A stretch of 44,480 nucleotides of DNA, taken from the NCBI GenBank assembly GCA_031409655.1, contig JANNXQ010000248.1:1-44480 (forward strand). The letters run 5' to 3'. Within the stretch, counting starts at the first letter, position 1; each line of letters begins with the position of its first letter. The notes beneath the pieces were generated by a model, which saw nothing but the letters and a program-made list of their open reading frames with translations, had not been told where the DNA came from and searched no databases. The stretch comes from Chthoniobacteraceae bacterium (lineage in GTDB: Bacteria > Verrucomicrobiota > Verrucomicrobiia > Chthoniobacterales > Chthoniobacteraceae). A program made the position numbers and the translations under genes. Below, one piece after another: positions 1 through 8,992 of this stretch.

Positions 1-48
1 GGCCGCAGGCCCATCTTTCAGAGTGGCGCTGCGCGCGAAGCGAGTCAT
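1..48 (-). CDS. possible 5' end of a gene running off the window (MTRFARSATLKDGPAA...)
   Basis: ATG (cat 46-48) opens a frame to the window edge; too short to identify. Confidence 0.25.
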   Translation of the reverse strand, partial: MTRFARSATLKDGPAA

Positions 49-263
49 GGCGCGCGGAGCGACGCCATCCACCGAGGTTGCGTTTTTCAACAGGCTGCGA
101 GGGCGACGGCGTTTCCCTTGAACTGCTGGTCGTCACGCCGACCGGATTTGGTCCTGCGATCTGGCCTGGCTTCGCATTTCGTCTGGGAAAAACCTGTCCG
201 CAAAATCGAAGACCCTCCAAAACAACCAACCCAACTTTCCGCGTCCCCGCTTTCGCAGAAAGT

Positions 264-3200
264 TCACTCCACGAGTTCCAGCCGAAGTCGGTAAAAGTCG
301 TTCAGATTCGGGGTTTCAGGGACGACTGCCTCGATCGTCTCCAAAGTGCCCACCGTGCTCAGGATCGTGTCGCTCGTGCTCACGTCGCTCCAGGAAAACT
401 CATCGGCGAGATCCGTCGTCTGCTGGACGAAGAAATTCACATCCGTAGCCGCAGTGTTCCTCCGATAAATGAGCGCCCGCCCGGATGGAGTCTCCGCGGC
501 TCGCGGTTGGGGCGCGCCGAAACCCGTCAGTGGGTGGATGCCCAAGGCGTAAGCCTGGAGGTTGCTCGTGCCATCGCGATTGGGATCAGCGTCAGGACCA
601 CTGGCAAAAGCGTCTGCACGTTGCTGAAGGGTGAAATTCGCCGCCTGCCATGTGCCAAACGCACTCGGCGTGAAGGTGACTTGATCGACCAGTCCACGAC
701 CCCCGATGTTCGCCGCACCCTCCTGGTCTTCCGAGTAAGTCCACTCCAGCGAATGCAGGCCGGACGGGATGGAGTATGTGACCTGCACGTAGGGATCGCC
801 ACCAGTCAGGAAGTCGTAGTTCTCCCCGTCCACATTAAAATCCAGATAATCGTAGTCCGCCTCCCCATCGCAGCGCCACCAGAAGCTGACCGTGCCTGGC
901 CCCATGACCGTCGTGGAGAGCGTCGTGGAGGTATTCACTGCAACCCCAGCCGCACGCGCTGCGTCGGCGCCGTCGTGCGTTTGAGCCAGAGCCGTCGTAC
1001 GTGCCCACACCGGTGTGGAACCCGACGTCGTCCAAATGAGCGTGGTATTGTCCACCGCGTTGCCGAGTGCCGCGCTGGCGGGGCTCGCGGCGTTCACCGT
1101 GAGCGTCACGGCATCACTGTCTGACGCGCCGTTCGCATTCGTCGCCCGGCAGGAGATTTGCCCGGCATTCGCCACCGCCGCCGCGGCGATAACGTAGCAA
1201 CGACTCGTCGCCCCAGCGATCACCGCGCCATTGCGCAGCCATTGGTAAGTCACCGGCAACGGACTCTCCGTCTCCACGCAAAAAGCCGCCGTGCCACCAG
1301 CGCCCACGATTAAAGGCCTGGGCTGCAAGGTAAAGAGCGGTGGCGAAAGGTTGAATGGGAATAGGGACACTTGATCCACAAACCCTGCGTCGAGACCTTC
1401 CGAGCCACCGCTGTCCTTAGCGTAGGACCAGGTTACCGTATGAACGCCATCCGGGATCGCGATCGTTCTTTGCTGCCAGCCGACCTCACCGCTGATCTGC
1501 ACTTGCACCAACCCATCGACCAGAACGCTGAAAAAGTCATAGTCAGCTTCCGATGACACCTTCCACCAGAACCGAAAGGCCACCGGTCCCGTTACGTCAA
1601 CGGAAAACGTGGAACTTCCATCGTCCGTGATCGGCCCGCTCTGCGCGGCATCGGAGCCGTCATGAGTAACGACGGTCTGCGCAAACCATGGATCGGGCAA
1701 CGGAGCATCAAAGGGCAGTGTCGGCTGATCGACCGCCTCCGCGATCTGCGCCGCGCGACCCAGTGTGATGGTGATTGTCAGCGGCAGTGTGCCAGTACCG
1801 AGGGCATTGGCGGCGGTAACGGTAACATTATAAACACCCGCGACGGTCGGCGTCCCCGACAGAATCCCGGTGACGTTATTGACCGAGAGCCACGCCGGCA
1901 GCCCCGTCGCACCGAAAGAGGTCGGAGATTGTGTGGCCGTGATCTGATAGCTGAATGGATCACTCTGCGTGCCTCCTGCCGTTCCGGCGCTCGTGATGAC
2001 GGGGATGCCGGTGACGAGCGCGCCGCTGCCGTAGAGCGTCAGCGCGACAGAATCCAGTGTGCCGGTGCTTCCCGTAACCCGGTCTTTTACGACCACAGAC
2101 CAGGTGCCCACGGCGCTCTCACCCCAATGGTGAACGCTCGTGAAAGTCCACTGAAGATCGGCGCCGGCGTCATTGGGCCGAAGCTCAGCGAGACGGCTCA
2201 CGGTCCCGCTTGGCGAGGTTAGTTCCACTTCGAGATCGCCGCGATTCGAATGCGTGATGCCCACGGTTACGGCGACACTTTCGACACGCAGAAATTCCGC
2301 CGCGGTGAAAGCAAACGTCCGGGCGATGCCGCCCGCATTGAAGTCAGGAATCGAGCCGATGATCGCGTTACTCTTCTGCATCGTGCTCATCGGCGGCAGC
2401 AGCGTCCAGGTCTGCGCGAGCGCCACCGCCGCCGCGGCGTCCACGAGGCCCGCGCCGTACTTGTGATTGAAATGCAGACCGGCGCCATTGTCCTGCACGC
2501 CAGCGAGGATCGGATTCACATCCCAGTCCGCGTCCGCTGGGTCGTTCTTTTTCGCCGTGCGGATCAAAATCTCCTTCACGTCGCGCCAGGTCAGGCTGGG
2601 TCGCGTCTGGAGCACCAGCGCGCCCACACCCGCGGCCAAAGGACAGGCCGAAGAAGTTCCGCCGAAGTCATTGGTGAAATCCCCGGATGGATAATTTGGC
2701 GCGCCGCCAGCGTTGTATCCTACAGACCCAGATCGATCCACCGTGCTGATGCCTTGGAGGTCAACGCTGTCCGAAGGCGCCGCGACGAGGATGTTGGCGC
2801 CGCTTTCCGAATAGTCGGATTGGAAGCCATCGTCACCGAGCGCCGCGATCGCCAGAGTAAAGACACTGTTCGCGTAGCCATCGAAATTGGAGTTATCGTC
2901 AGTCCCGCCATTTCCCGCTGCCCAGAAGAAGAGCGTTCCTTTGCCCGCACGTCCGTTGGCGATGGCATCTTGAATGGAGGCGGTGGCGAGCAAGCCAGGC
3001 CCTTCGATCACGTCGCCGAAATCGTCCGGCCCCCAGGAGTTGCTTTTGATCTGAATGATATCATTGCGCCGGGCAAAAGCCGCCGCTTCGTCGGCATCCG
3101 TGGACGGTCCTGACACCAGCCTTAGTCCGACCAAGGTCGCCTCCGGTGCCGCACCGGAAACGCCGAGACCATTGTTACCGATCGCCCCCGCGACTCCGGC

Positions 3201-4049
3201 AACAGCCGTTCCGTGATCATCGCCGGCTTCCGGTGTCGGATCGGCATCGTTGCCATTGTAGTCGAAACTATTCACCGCATCGACATGCGCGGCGAGATCA
3301 GGGTGCGTAAGTTCCAGACCGTCATCGAGGATGCCGATCCGCACGCCCGCTCCCTTTGCCGTATCCCAAGCCGTCGTGACATTGACGTCGATGCCCGCAA
3401 TCCCGCCACGGTCACCGGTATTCCGCAGGTGCCACTGATAACCAGCATTCGCAGCATTGTCGGCGAAGAAAGGATCATTGGGGATGAAGCGCTTCGTCAT
3501 CAAGCGGGCGAGCTGCGGTTCAGCACTCTCGATCTCCGGCCGGAGCCGCAAGGCACTCGCCAGCGTGAGCCCATTTCCCGCTCCAGCCGGCGCCGTGAAG
3601 AGAACGTAGCCCGGCGCAAACGCGGGCCGCTCAGACGACGCCGCTCCGACCGCGGTCGCGATCACCTGCGCGTCCGCACCCGCCCGCACTTTCGCGAGCA
3701 CGCGAGACGTGAGCCAGCGCCGATGCGCCTCGGTCTTCGGCTGCCCTTGTTCATAAAGGACGAGGTCCGCCCTGCCACCGGCCGCCACGTCTGGCTGCCG
3801 AGCCCGCACGCGTACCGCCTCCGCATCGGCCGTCTGCGCGACCTTCTGCACCCGTCCCCGCCCGCCCGGCGCGATCACGCCTACTTCGTCCCGCGCAATG
3901 ACAAAAGTCCGTACTCTCCCACCTTCCCGGAGAGTGACCGCGTCTTTATCCAGGCGCGCGTCCAGAGGACCACCACGGACGGCGCCGGTGATGAGCGTAA
4001 AAAGAACGACAAGAATGCGCGCAAGGGGGAGGCAGAAACGATGGTTCAT
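264..4049 (-). CDS. secreted multidomain S8 (kexin/furin-like) serine protease with P domain, Ig-like domains and two repeated beta modules
   Basis: Signal peptide; catalytic D (ILDDG), H (DDHGTAVAG), oxyanion N (AAGNG), S (GTSSACP); P domain (THSNRGDLEVELTSPSGT); He_PIG-like Ig (GLPAWLSVNNVTGILSGTPT); Ig (YQWLRNG...ISCRATN); C-terminal DPNRDGTSNL..YALG...FYRLR tail. Confidence 0.93.
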   Translation of the reverse strand: MNHRFCLPLARILVVLFTLITGAVRGGPLDARLDKDAVTLREGGRVRTFVIARDEVGVIAPGGRGRVQKVAQTADAEAVRVRARQPDVAAGGRADLVLYEQGQPKTEAHRRWLTSRVLAKVRAGADAQVIATAVGAASSERPAFAPGYVLFTAPAGAGNGLTLASALRLRPEIESAEPQLARLMTKRFIPNDPFFADNAANAGYQWHLRNTGDRGGIAGIDVNVTTAWDTAKGAGVRIGILDDGLELTHPDLAAHVDAVNSFDYNGNDADPTPEAGDDHGTAVAGVAGAIGNNGLGVSGAAPEATLVGLRLVSGPSTDADEAAAFARRNDIIQIKSNSWGPDDFGDVIEGPGLLATASIQDAIANGRAGKGTLFFWAAGNGGTDDNSNFDGYANSVFTLAIAALGDDGFQSDYSESGANILVAAPSDSVDLQGISTVDRSGSVGYNAGGAPNYPSGDFTNDFGGTSSACPLAAGVGALVLQTRPSLTWRDVKEILIRTAKKNDPADADWDVNPILAGVQDNGAGLHFNHKYGAGLVDAAAAVALAQTWTLLPPMSTMQKSNAIIGSIPDFNAGGIARTFAFTAAEFLRVESVAVTVGITHSNRGDLEVELTSPSGTVSRLAELRPNDAGADLQWTFTSVHHWGESAVGTWSVVVKDRVTGSTGTLDSVALTLYGSGALVTGIPVITSAGTAGGTQSDPFSYQITATQSPTSFGATGLPAWLSVNNVTGILSGTPTVAGVYNVTVTAANALGTGTLPLTITITLGRAAQIAEAVDQPTLPFDAPLPDPWFAQTVVTHDGSDAAQSGPITDDGSSTFSVDVTGPVAFRFWWKVSSEADYDFFSVLVDGLVQVQISGEVGWQQRTIAIPDGVHTVTWSYAKDSGGSEGLDAGFVDQVSLFPFNLSPPLFTLQPRPLIVGAGGTAAFCVETESPLPVTYQWLRNGAVIAGATSRCYVIAAAAVANAGQISCRATNANGASDSDAVTLTVNAASPASAALGNAVDNTTLIWTTSGSTPVWARTTALAQTHDGADAARAAGVAVNTSTTLSTTVMGPGTVSFWWRCDGEADYDYLDFNVDGENYDFLTGGDPYVQVTYSIPSGLHSLEWTYSEDQEGAANIGGRGLVDQVTFTPSAFGTWQAANFTLQQRADAFASGPDADPNRDGTSNLQAYALGIHPLTGFGAPQPRAAETPSGRALIYRRNTAATDVNFFVQQTTDLADEFSWSDVSTSDTILSTVGTLETIEAVVPETPNLNDFYRLRLELVE

Positions 4050-4176
4050 AGTGGCGGCAGCGAAGGGGCGAAAGGGCCTGCAGGGTGCCTAAGAACCACA
4101 ACGCCGTCAAGAGACCGGGCTGTAGGACTAAGGTTTACATGTCCAGTTCGGGAGGCGACCACCGTCCGGCGCAAGG

Positions 4177-5022
4177 TTACGACTTAAAGTCGCGCCGCTG
4201 GAAGACTACGGCCCCGATCACGATCATCGTGAAATTCACCGCGACGAGATAAGCGTAGTCCTCCACCATCCGCGGCCAGGGAATCGGAGCACGCAAGACA
4301 TTGACCCACGTTTCAGTGTGCGTGGTGATGAACCATGGCTTGATGGATTCAAAGTAGGGGATGCTGCGGAAGATCGAATCCGCGATAAAATACGAGAGCG
4401 TCGCGATGGTCGCCGCTGCGGGCTTCATATTAAAACAGGACAAGGTGAAACCGAGCGACGTGACACTCAAAAGGCTGAGCGCCAGCAAGGGTAGCGAGGC
4501 AAAATAGCGCCATAGACCTTCCTGAAAGTCGTAGAGGACAAAAAGTCCCTGCAGAGGCTGATAGGCGAAGAACCCGCCCGTCCCTTGGCGCACAAGACCG
4601 ACAGCCAGTGCGCTCAAGCCAATAAAGAGGATGAGAGCAAAGGTATAGAGGACGCAGGTAACATATTTCAGGACCAGGATGCGGAGGCGTGAGACTGGCC
4701 GGCAGAGGTTCATCCGCAAGGTGCCGTCCTCGACTTCCTTGGCGACCACGTCCCCGGCGACCAGCGCGAGGTAAAGTCCTCCGAGCAGGAAGGTCGTCCA
4801 GATGACGACCTGAAAGGCGAGCGTGACGCCGGAGAAGTATTCGTCAAATCCGTAGCCGGCGCCTTCGAGGAGCCGTTTCCACGAACGCTGGACCGGTGGG
4901 ATTTGGAAAAGGATGAGGATCAGCATCTCCACCGCCAGGAAGACCCCAAACCCGAGGTAAGTTCGCTTGCGAGCGAAAAGCTTCCAGAGTTCACAGCGGA
5001 GTTGGCGGAGGAAAAGGTTCAT
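4177..5022 (-). CDS. ABC-2 type transporter permease
   Basis: About 6 hydrophobic segments; EVEDGTLRMNLCRPVSR motif; C-terminal FQRRD; follows an ABC ATPase. Confidence 0.88.
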   Translation of the reverse strand: MNLFLRQLRCELWKLFARKRTYLGFGVFLAVEMLILILFQIPPVQRSWKRLLEGAGYGFDEYFSGVTLAFQVVIWTTFLLGGLYLALVAGDVVAKEVEDGTLRMNLCRPVSRLRILVLKYVTCVLYTFALILFIGLSALAVGLVRQGTGGFFAYQPLQGLFVLYDFQEGLWRYFASLPLLALSLLSVTSLGFTLSCFNMKPAAATIATLSYFIADSIFRSIPYFESIKPWFITTHTETWVNVLRAPIPWPRMVEDYAYLVAVNFTMIVIGAVVFQRRDFKS

Positions 5023-5034
5023 GTTTCGGCGGGG

Positions 5035-5115
5035 CTCTCCCTCTTAATCTTCCTCTTCCTCCCCGTCTTTAGCATGTGGTTCATCGGAGGAGGAAGATTA
5101 AGAGGAAGAGGAAGA
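5035..5115. repeat. hexamer-based inverted repeat element (CTCTTA/ATCTTC/CTCTTC units)
   Basis: Perfect 16-bp IR cctcttaatcttcctc (5040-5055) / gaggaagattaagagg (5090-5105); right arm encodes the SSSSS-stop end of the ABC ATPase. Confidence 0.8.
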
Positions 5116-6075
5116 CGTAGCCTCGGCATTTGCGTGAGACATCTCCAGGTACACCTGCTCCAGATTCCGCCGTGCCGGCTCCACGGCGCTCACCCGCACT
5201 CCGCTCCCGACCAACGTCGCCACGAGGTCGGCGATGACGACGCGGTCTTCGATCAGCACCTCCCCAGAGCCCGCGATCTGCACGCCGGGCCAGCCGCCGA
5301 GCAACGCCGCGGCGCGTGGCCAGTCGTCCGTCTCAAAACGCACACGGCGCTTTTCGACGGAAAGCTCGCTCCAGCGTCCGTCGAAGATCTTCCTCCCACG
5401 ATTGAGGATCGCGACGCGATCGCAGAGTTGCTCGACCTCGGAAAGAAGGTGGGAACAAAAGAGCACCGTGATGCCGCGCTCGCGATTGAGACGCTTGATG
5501 AGTTCGCGCATCTCGTGAATACCTTCGGGGTCGAGGCCATTGGTCGGCTCGTCGAGCAGGATAAGATCAGGAGCAGGCACGAGGGCCTGGGCGAGCCCGA
5601 GCCGCTGCCGCATGCCCTGGCTGTAAGTCTGCACCCGATCGCGAATGCGCGCCGTCAGACCCACCGTCTCAATGGCGTCCTCCATTTCCCGGCCCGTCGC
5701 CATGGCCGAGTAACTGGCGAAAATCTCCAGATTCCGCCAGCCGCTCAGGTAGTCGTAAAAGCGTGGAGCTTCGAAAATCGCGCCCGTCCGGGCGAGGGCC
5801 GTCTCTCGTTCCTGCTGGACGCTCGCGCCATTGATGAAGGCCTCGCCCGCGTCGGGATACACCTGGCCGAGCAGGACCCCGAGCGAGGTGCTCTTCCCCG
5901 CGCCATTGTGGCCGAGCAGCCCGAAGATCTCCCCGCGCGCAACACTCAGCGATAGCCCGTGCAAGGCAGGCTTGCCGCCGAAAGCCTTCCGCACGTCGCG
6001 GAGTTCGAGCATGGGTGGATCGCCAGGCATTGGTGAGGCGGAGCTTTCCGAGGTCTGCGGCGTGCGGCGACTCAT
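5098..6075 (-). CDS. ABC transporter ATP-binding protein
   Basis: Walker A GHNGAGKS, signature YSQGMRQR, Walker B LILLDEP, H-switch SHLL. Confidence 0.95.
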   Translation of the reverse strand: MSRRTPQTSESSASPMPGDPPMLELRDVRKAFGGKPALHGLSLSVARGEIFGLLGHNGAGKSTSLGVLLGQVYPDAGEAFINGASVQQERETALARTGAIFEAPRFYDYLSGWRNLEIFASYSAMATGREMEDAIETVGLTARIRDRVQTYSQGMRQRLGLAQALVPAPDLILLDEPTNGLDPEGIHEMRELIKRLNRERGITVLFCSHLLSEVEQLCDRVAILNRGRKIFDGRWSELSVEKRRVRFETDDWPRAAALLGGWPGVQIAGSGEVLIEDRVVIADLVATLVGSGVRVSAVEPARRNLEQVYLEMSHANAEATSSSSS

Positions 6076-6602
6076 TTGTCCGTGAAGAACTTAATGTCCT
6101 TCGTAACATGCCCGTCCGCGTAGAGCAGGTTAATCTTATCTTCCAGGAAAGGGTGGAAACCTTCCTTGTCGCCAAGGATCGGGATGCGGCTGTGATCGGA
6201 GACCATGCCGAGAAAGTTCAGGTTCGCGACGGACTGACCGTTGAGCGACACATTCCAATGATAACTCGTGCCGGTCTTGCGCGCGAACCCGGTCTTGTCC
6301 GACGGACACGCAAAGACGCGCGGGTCGGTAATGTACTTATCCAGCGTGTTATCGATCACGGGCACGTCATCAGTCAGCGCTTCGCGCCCCGCTTTCAGCG
6401 TCGGCATGGTGTTATTGTTCTCGGTAATGTAAGCGGTCAGCCCGGCGCCGAGTTGGCGGAGATTTGAGAGACAGGAAGCGGCCCGCCCGCTTTCGAGGAT
6501 CCGGCTCGAGACCGGGACGACGATGGCCACAAGGATGCCGATGATGGCGACGACGACGAGTAACTCAACCAGCGTGAAGCCCGTTCGAGATTCGACGCTC
6601 AT
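6072..6602 (-). CDS. prepilin-type N-terminal cleavage/methylation protein with H-Xn-DG C-terminal motif
   Basis: G|FTLVELLVVVAIIGIL type IV prepilin site; CLSNLRQLG; FACPSD; NLLYADGHV; ATGA overlaps with both neighbours. Confidence 0.9.
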   Translation of the reverse strand: MSVESRTGFTLVELLVVVAIIGILVAIVVPVSSRILESGRAASCLSNLRQLGAGLTAYITENNNTMPTLKAGREALTDDVPVIDNTLDKYITDPRVFACPSDKTGFARKTGTSYHWNVSLNGQSVANLNFLGMVSDHSRIPILGDKEGFHPFLEDKINLLYADGHVTKDIKFFTDK

Positions 6603-7162
6603 CGCGGGCGCTGCAGATTCTTCTGCATCTCTTCGATGAGTGGCGCCACGTCGAGCTTTGTCTCCGCGCTCGCTTCGCTGTAAAAACTTTTGAACCCCTG
6701 GCTGATGATCTTCTGCGCAGCCGCCTCGTCCTCTTCGTTGCGCGCGGGTTCATCGCCTTCCCGATCGCGCATTTCCTTCAGGGTCCGCGTCACGAATTGC
6801 TGCCGCTTCGGGCGCTCCATCTTGTTCAGCGCCTCCATCATCTGCTTGAAGCCGATTGGCAGCGTGAGATCGAGGAAAAGCTCCTGCTCGGTGGGGGAGA
6901 GCGCCTTGAAAAAAACGTCCAGCTTTCGGCTCATCCGCATCTGGCGACGCTCCTCGTAGGTGAGGCGATTGAGTTGATCCGCGACCTTTTCGATCTCCTT
7001 GCTGCGCGCGTCGGCGGCGCGGCCTTCGAGCTGCAGGGTCTCGATGTGCTTGGTCAGCGATTCCGGTGTGACCTTGGCGCTGCGCGCCCAAAAGATTGCG
7101 CCCCCGGCGACGAGCCAGATGGCTGCGAGGATGGCGACGGCTTTGATCCAGAGGGAACGCAT
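6599..7162 (-). CDS. hypothetical membrane-anchored helical protein
   Basis: Start trimmed to MRSLWIKAVAILAAIWLVAGG (cat 7160-7162); one N-terminal TM then charged helices; stop overlaps prepilin ATG; the upstream part of the 336-aa ORF is a murJ/REP shadow. Confidence 0.8.
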   Translation of the reverse strand: MRSLWIKAVAILAAIWLVAGGAIFWARSAKVTPESLTKHIETLQLEGRAADARSKEIEKVADQLNRLTYEERRQMRMSRKLDVFFKALSPTEQELFLDLTLPIGFKQMMEALNKMERPKRQQFVTRTLKEMRDREGDEPARNEEDEAAAQKIISQGFKSFYSEASAETKLDVAPLIEEMQKNLQRPR

Positions 7163-7169
7163 ATCGAGC

Positions 7170-7267
7170 AAAGTAGTCGTGGGCTTTAGCCCGTGAAAGC
7201 TCCGACTGGTGGAAAGCAGGTCGGCTCGGAAAAGGACGCCTTGCGGGCTAAAGCCCAGGACTACTTT
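7170..7267. repeat. GTAG-type REP doublet (REPIN-like)
   Basis: GTAGTCGTGGGCTTTAGCCCG (7173-7193) and inverted GTAGTCCTGGGCTTTAGCCCG (7244-7264), each with a GGGC-TTTA-GCCC hairpin; 50-bp spacer. Confidence 0.85.
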
Positions 7268-8862
7268 CGCGCCAGCTTGCGCCGGACGAGCGCGGCGAGG
7301 TCGTCGAGTTCTTCGATGCGGAGGGTGAAAGCGGTGCCGAAGAACGCGAGGCCGGCGACCGTGATGGTGCCAAGGAGGGTGACGATGCGCAGCCAGAGCC
7401 CGAAGTCCGCCCAGCCAGCCAGCACCCAGTGCTGGGCTCCCAGACACACTCCGGCGAGGACGGCACCGGCGACGCCCACTTTGAAGAGCGTGCCGATCAT
7501 CTGGCGCGTGCCGAGCGGGCCGGTCGCGCGGTGCATGAGGAAGTAGAGCAGGAGAAAGTTCGCGGTGGCCACGCAGCCGGTGGCGAGGGCGAGACCGCGG
7601 ATGCCCCACTGGAGCTTGAAGGCGAAGAGGTAGTTCAGACCGACGTTCAGGAAGACGGCGACGAAGCTCACGTACATTGGCGTCTTGCGGCGGTCGATCG
7701 CGTAGAAGGCAGGTGCGAGGATCTTCAGGCAGGAGTAGGCGCAGAGACCGATGGCGTAACCGCCGAGGCCGATGGCTGCTTGATCCGCGGCGTGCGCGCT
7801 GAATTTTCCGTGCTCGTAGAGCAGGCTCACGATGGGGCGCGCGAGGAGGATGAGGCCGATGGTCGCGGGGACGGTGAGCAGGAGCGCGAGACGCAGTCCT
7901 TTCGCGAGCAGGCTGCGAAATTCATCGGAGCGGCCCTGCGCGGCGGCGCGCGAAAGTGCGGGCAGCGTGACAGTGCCGAGCGCGACGCCGAAGATCCCGA
8001 GCGGAAGCTGCATGAGGCGGAAGGCGATGTTCAGGCGGTAGGCGGTGCCGTCTTCGAGCCAGGATGCGAACCACGTGTTGATGAACACATTGATCTGCAC
8101 GGAACTGGCCGCGATGACCGCGGGGCCCATCTGCCGGAGGATGGTCCGCACGCCATCATCGCGCCAGGCGAAGTCCGGGCGAAAGTGAAAGCCCACGCGG
8201 CGCAAGGCCGGCACCTGCACGCCGAGTTGCAGCGCGCCACCGATGAGCGTGCCGCACGCGAGACCGACGAGCGCCGGCGTGCCGAAGTGCGGGTCGATCC
8301 ACCAGCCGACGGCCACGCCGCCGACGATCGATCCGATATTGAAGAAGCTCGAAGCCATCGCGGGCACGCCGAAGACATTCTTCGCATTGAGCATCCCCAT
8401 GGTGAGCGCGCCCAGCGAGACGAGCAGGATGAAGGGATACATGATCCGCGCGAGTTGCACGGTCAGCTCGGCCTTGCCCGGCACATTGGCAAAGCCCGGC
8501 GCCATGATCGCGACCAGCCACGGCGCGATGGCGATGCCGATGAGCACGATGCCGCTCAGCACGACGACGACGAGCGTGCCGACCTTGCACGCGAGTTTCC
8601 ACGCGGACGCTTCGCCTTCGTTCACGATCTTCTTGGAAAACGTGGTGATGAAGGCGGTGGAGAGAGCGCCTTCCGCGAAGAGGTCGCGCAGCATATTCGG
8701 CGTGCGGAAGGCGATGGTGAAGGCGTCCATCTCTTTCCCACCGCCAAAGAGCCACGCGAAGATTTGTTCGCGGATGAGACCGAGGACGCGCGAGCACATC
8801 ACCGCGATCCCGACGACGCCGGCGGCTTTGGTGTTGAGTTTGTTTTCCTTCGATTCGGCCAT
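7261..8862 (-). CDS. murJ: lipid II flippase MurJ (MviN)
   Basis: SRVLGLIRE, DAFTIAFRTPNMLRDLFAEGALS, RLMQLPLGIFG, FYAIDRRKTP; many TM segments. Confidence 0.95.
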   Translation of the reverse strand: MAESKENKLNTKAAGVVGIAVMCSRVLGLIREQIFAWLFGGGKEMDAFTIAFRTPNMLRDLFAEGALSTAFITTFSKKIVNEGEASAWKLACKVGTLVVVVLSGIVLIGIAIAPWLVAIMAPGFANVPGKAELTVQLARIMYPFILLVSLGALTMGMLNAKNVFGVPAMASSFFNIGSIVGGVAVGWWIDPHFGTPALVGLACGTLIGGALQLGVQVPALRRVGFHFRPDFAWRDDGVRTILRQMGPAVIAASSVQINVFINTWFASWLEDGTAYRLNIAFRLMQLPLGIFGVALGTVTLPALSRAAAQGRSDEFRSLLAKGLRLALLLTVPATIGLILLARPIVSLLYEHGKFSAHAADQAAIGLGGYAIGLCAYSCLKILAPAFYAIDRRKTPMYVSFVAVFLNVGLNYLFAFKLQWGIRGLALATGCVATANFLLLYFLMHRATGPLGTRQMIGTLFKVGVAGAVLAGVCLGAQHWVLAGWADFGLWLRIVTLLGTITVAGLAFFGTAFTLRIEELDDLAALVRRKLARK

Positions 8863-8868
8863 TGAAAA

Positions 8869-8965
8869 TTAAATGCGGAGACGCAGAGACGCGGAGAGCG
8901 CGGAGATTGGCGATCGGCGAATCCTCTTTTCTGCGTCCTCTGCGTCTCTGCTTCTCTGCGTTGAA
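8869..8965. repeat. inverted pair of short tandem CGCAGAG-type repeats
   Basis: Left arm aatgcggagacgcagagacgcggagagcgcggaga versus reverse complement of right arm aacgcagagaagcagagacgcagaggacgcagaaa; 8-9 bp period, 4 units per arm. Confidence 0.8.
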
Positions 8966-8992
8966 AATACGCCGGTCATAATAGGTTGAGCA

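Noticed and set aside
80..98. IS-end-like sequence GTTTTTCAACAGGCTGC
   Set aside because: No matching second end, target duplication or transposase in the window
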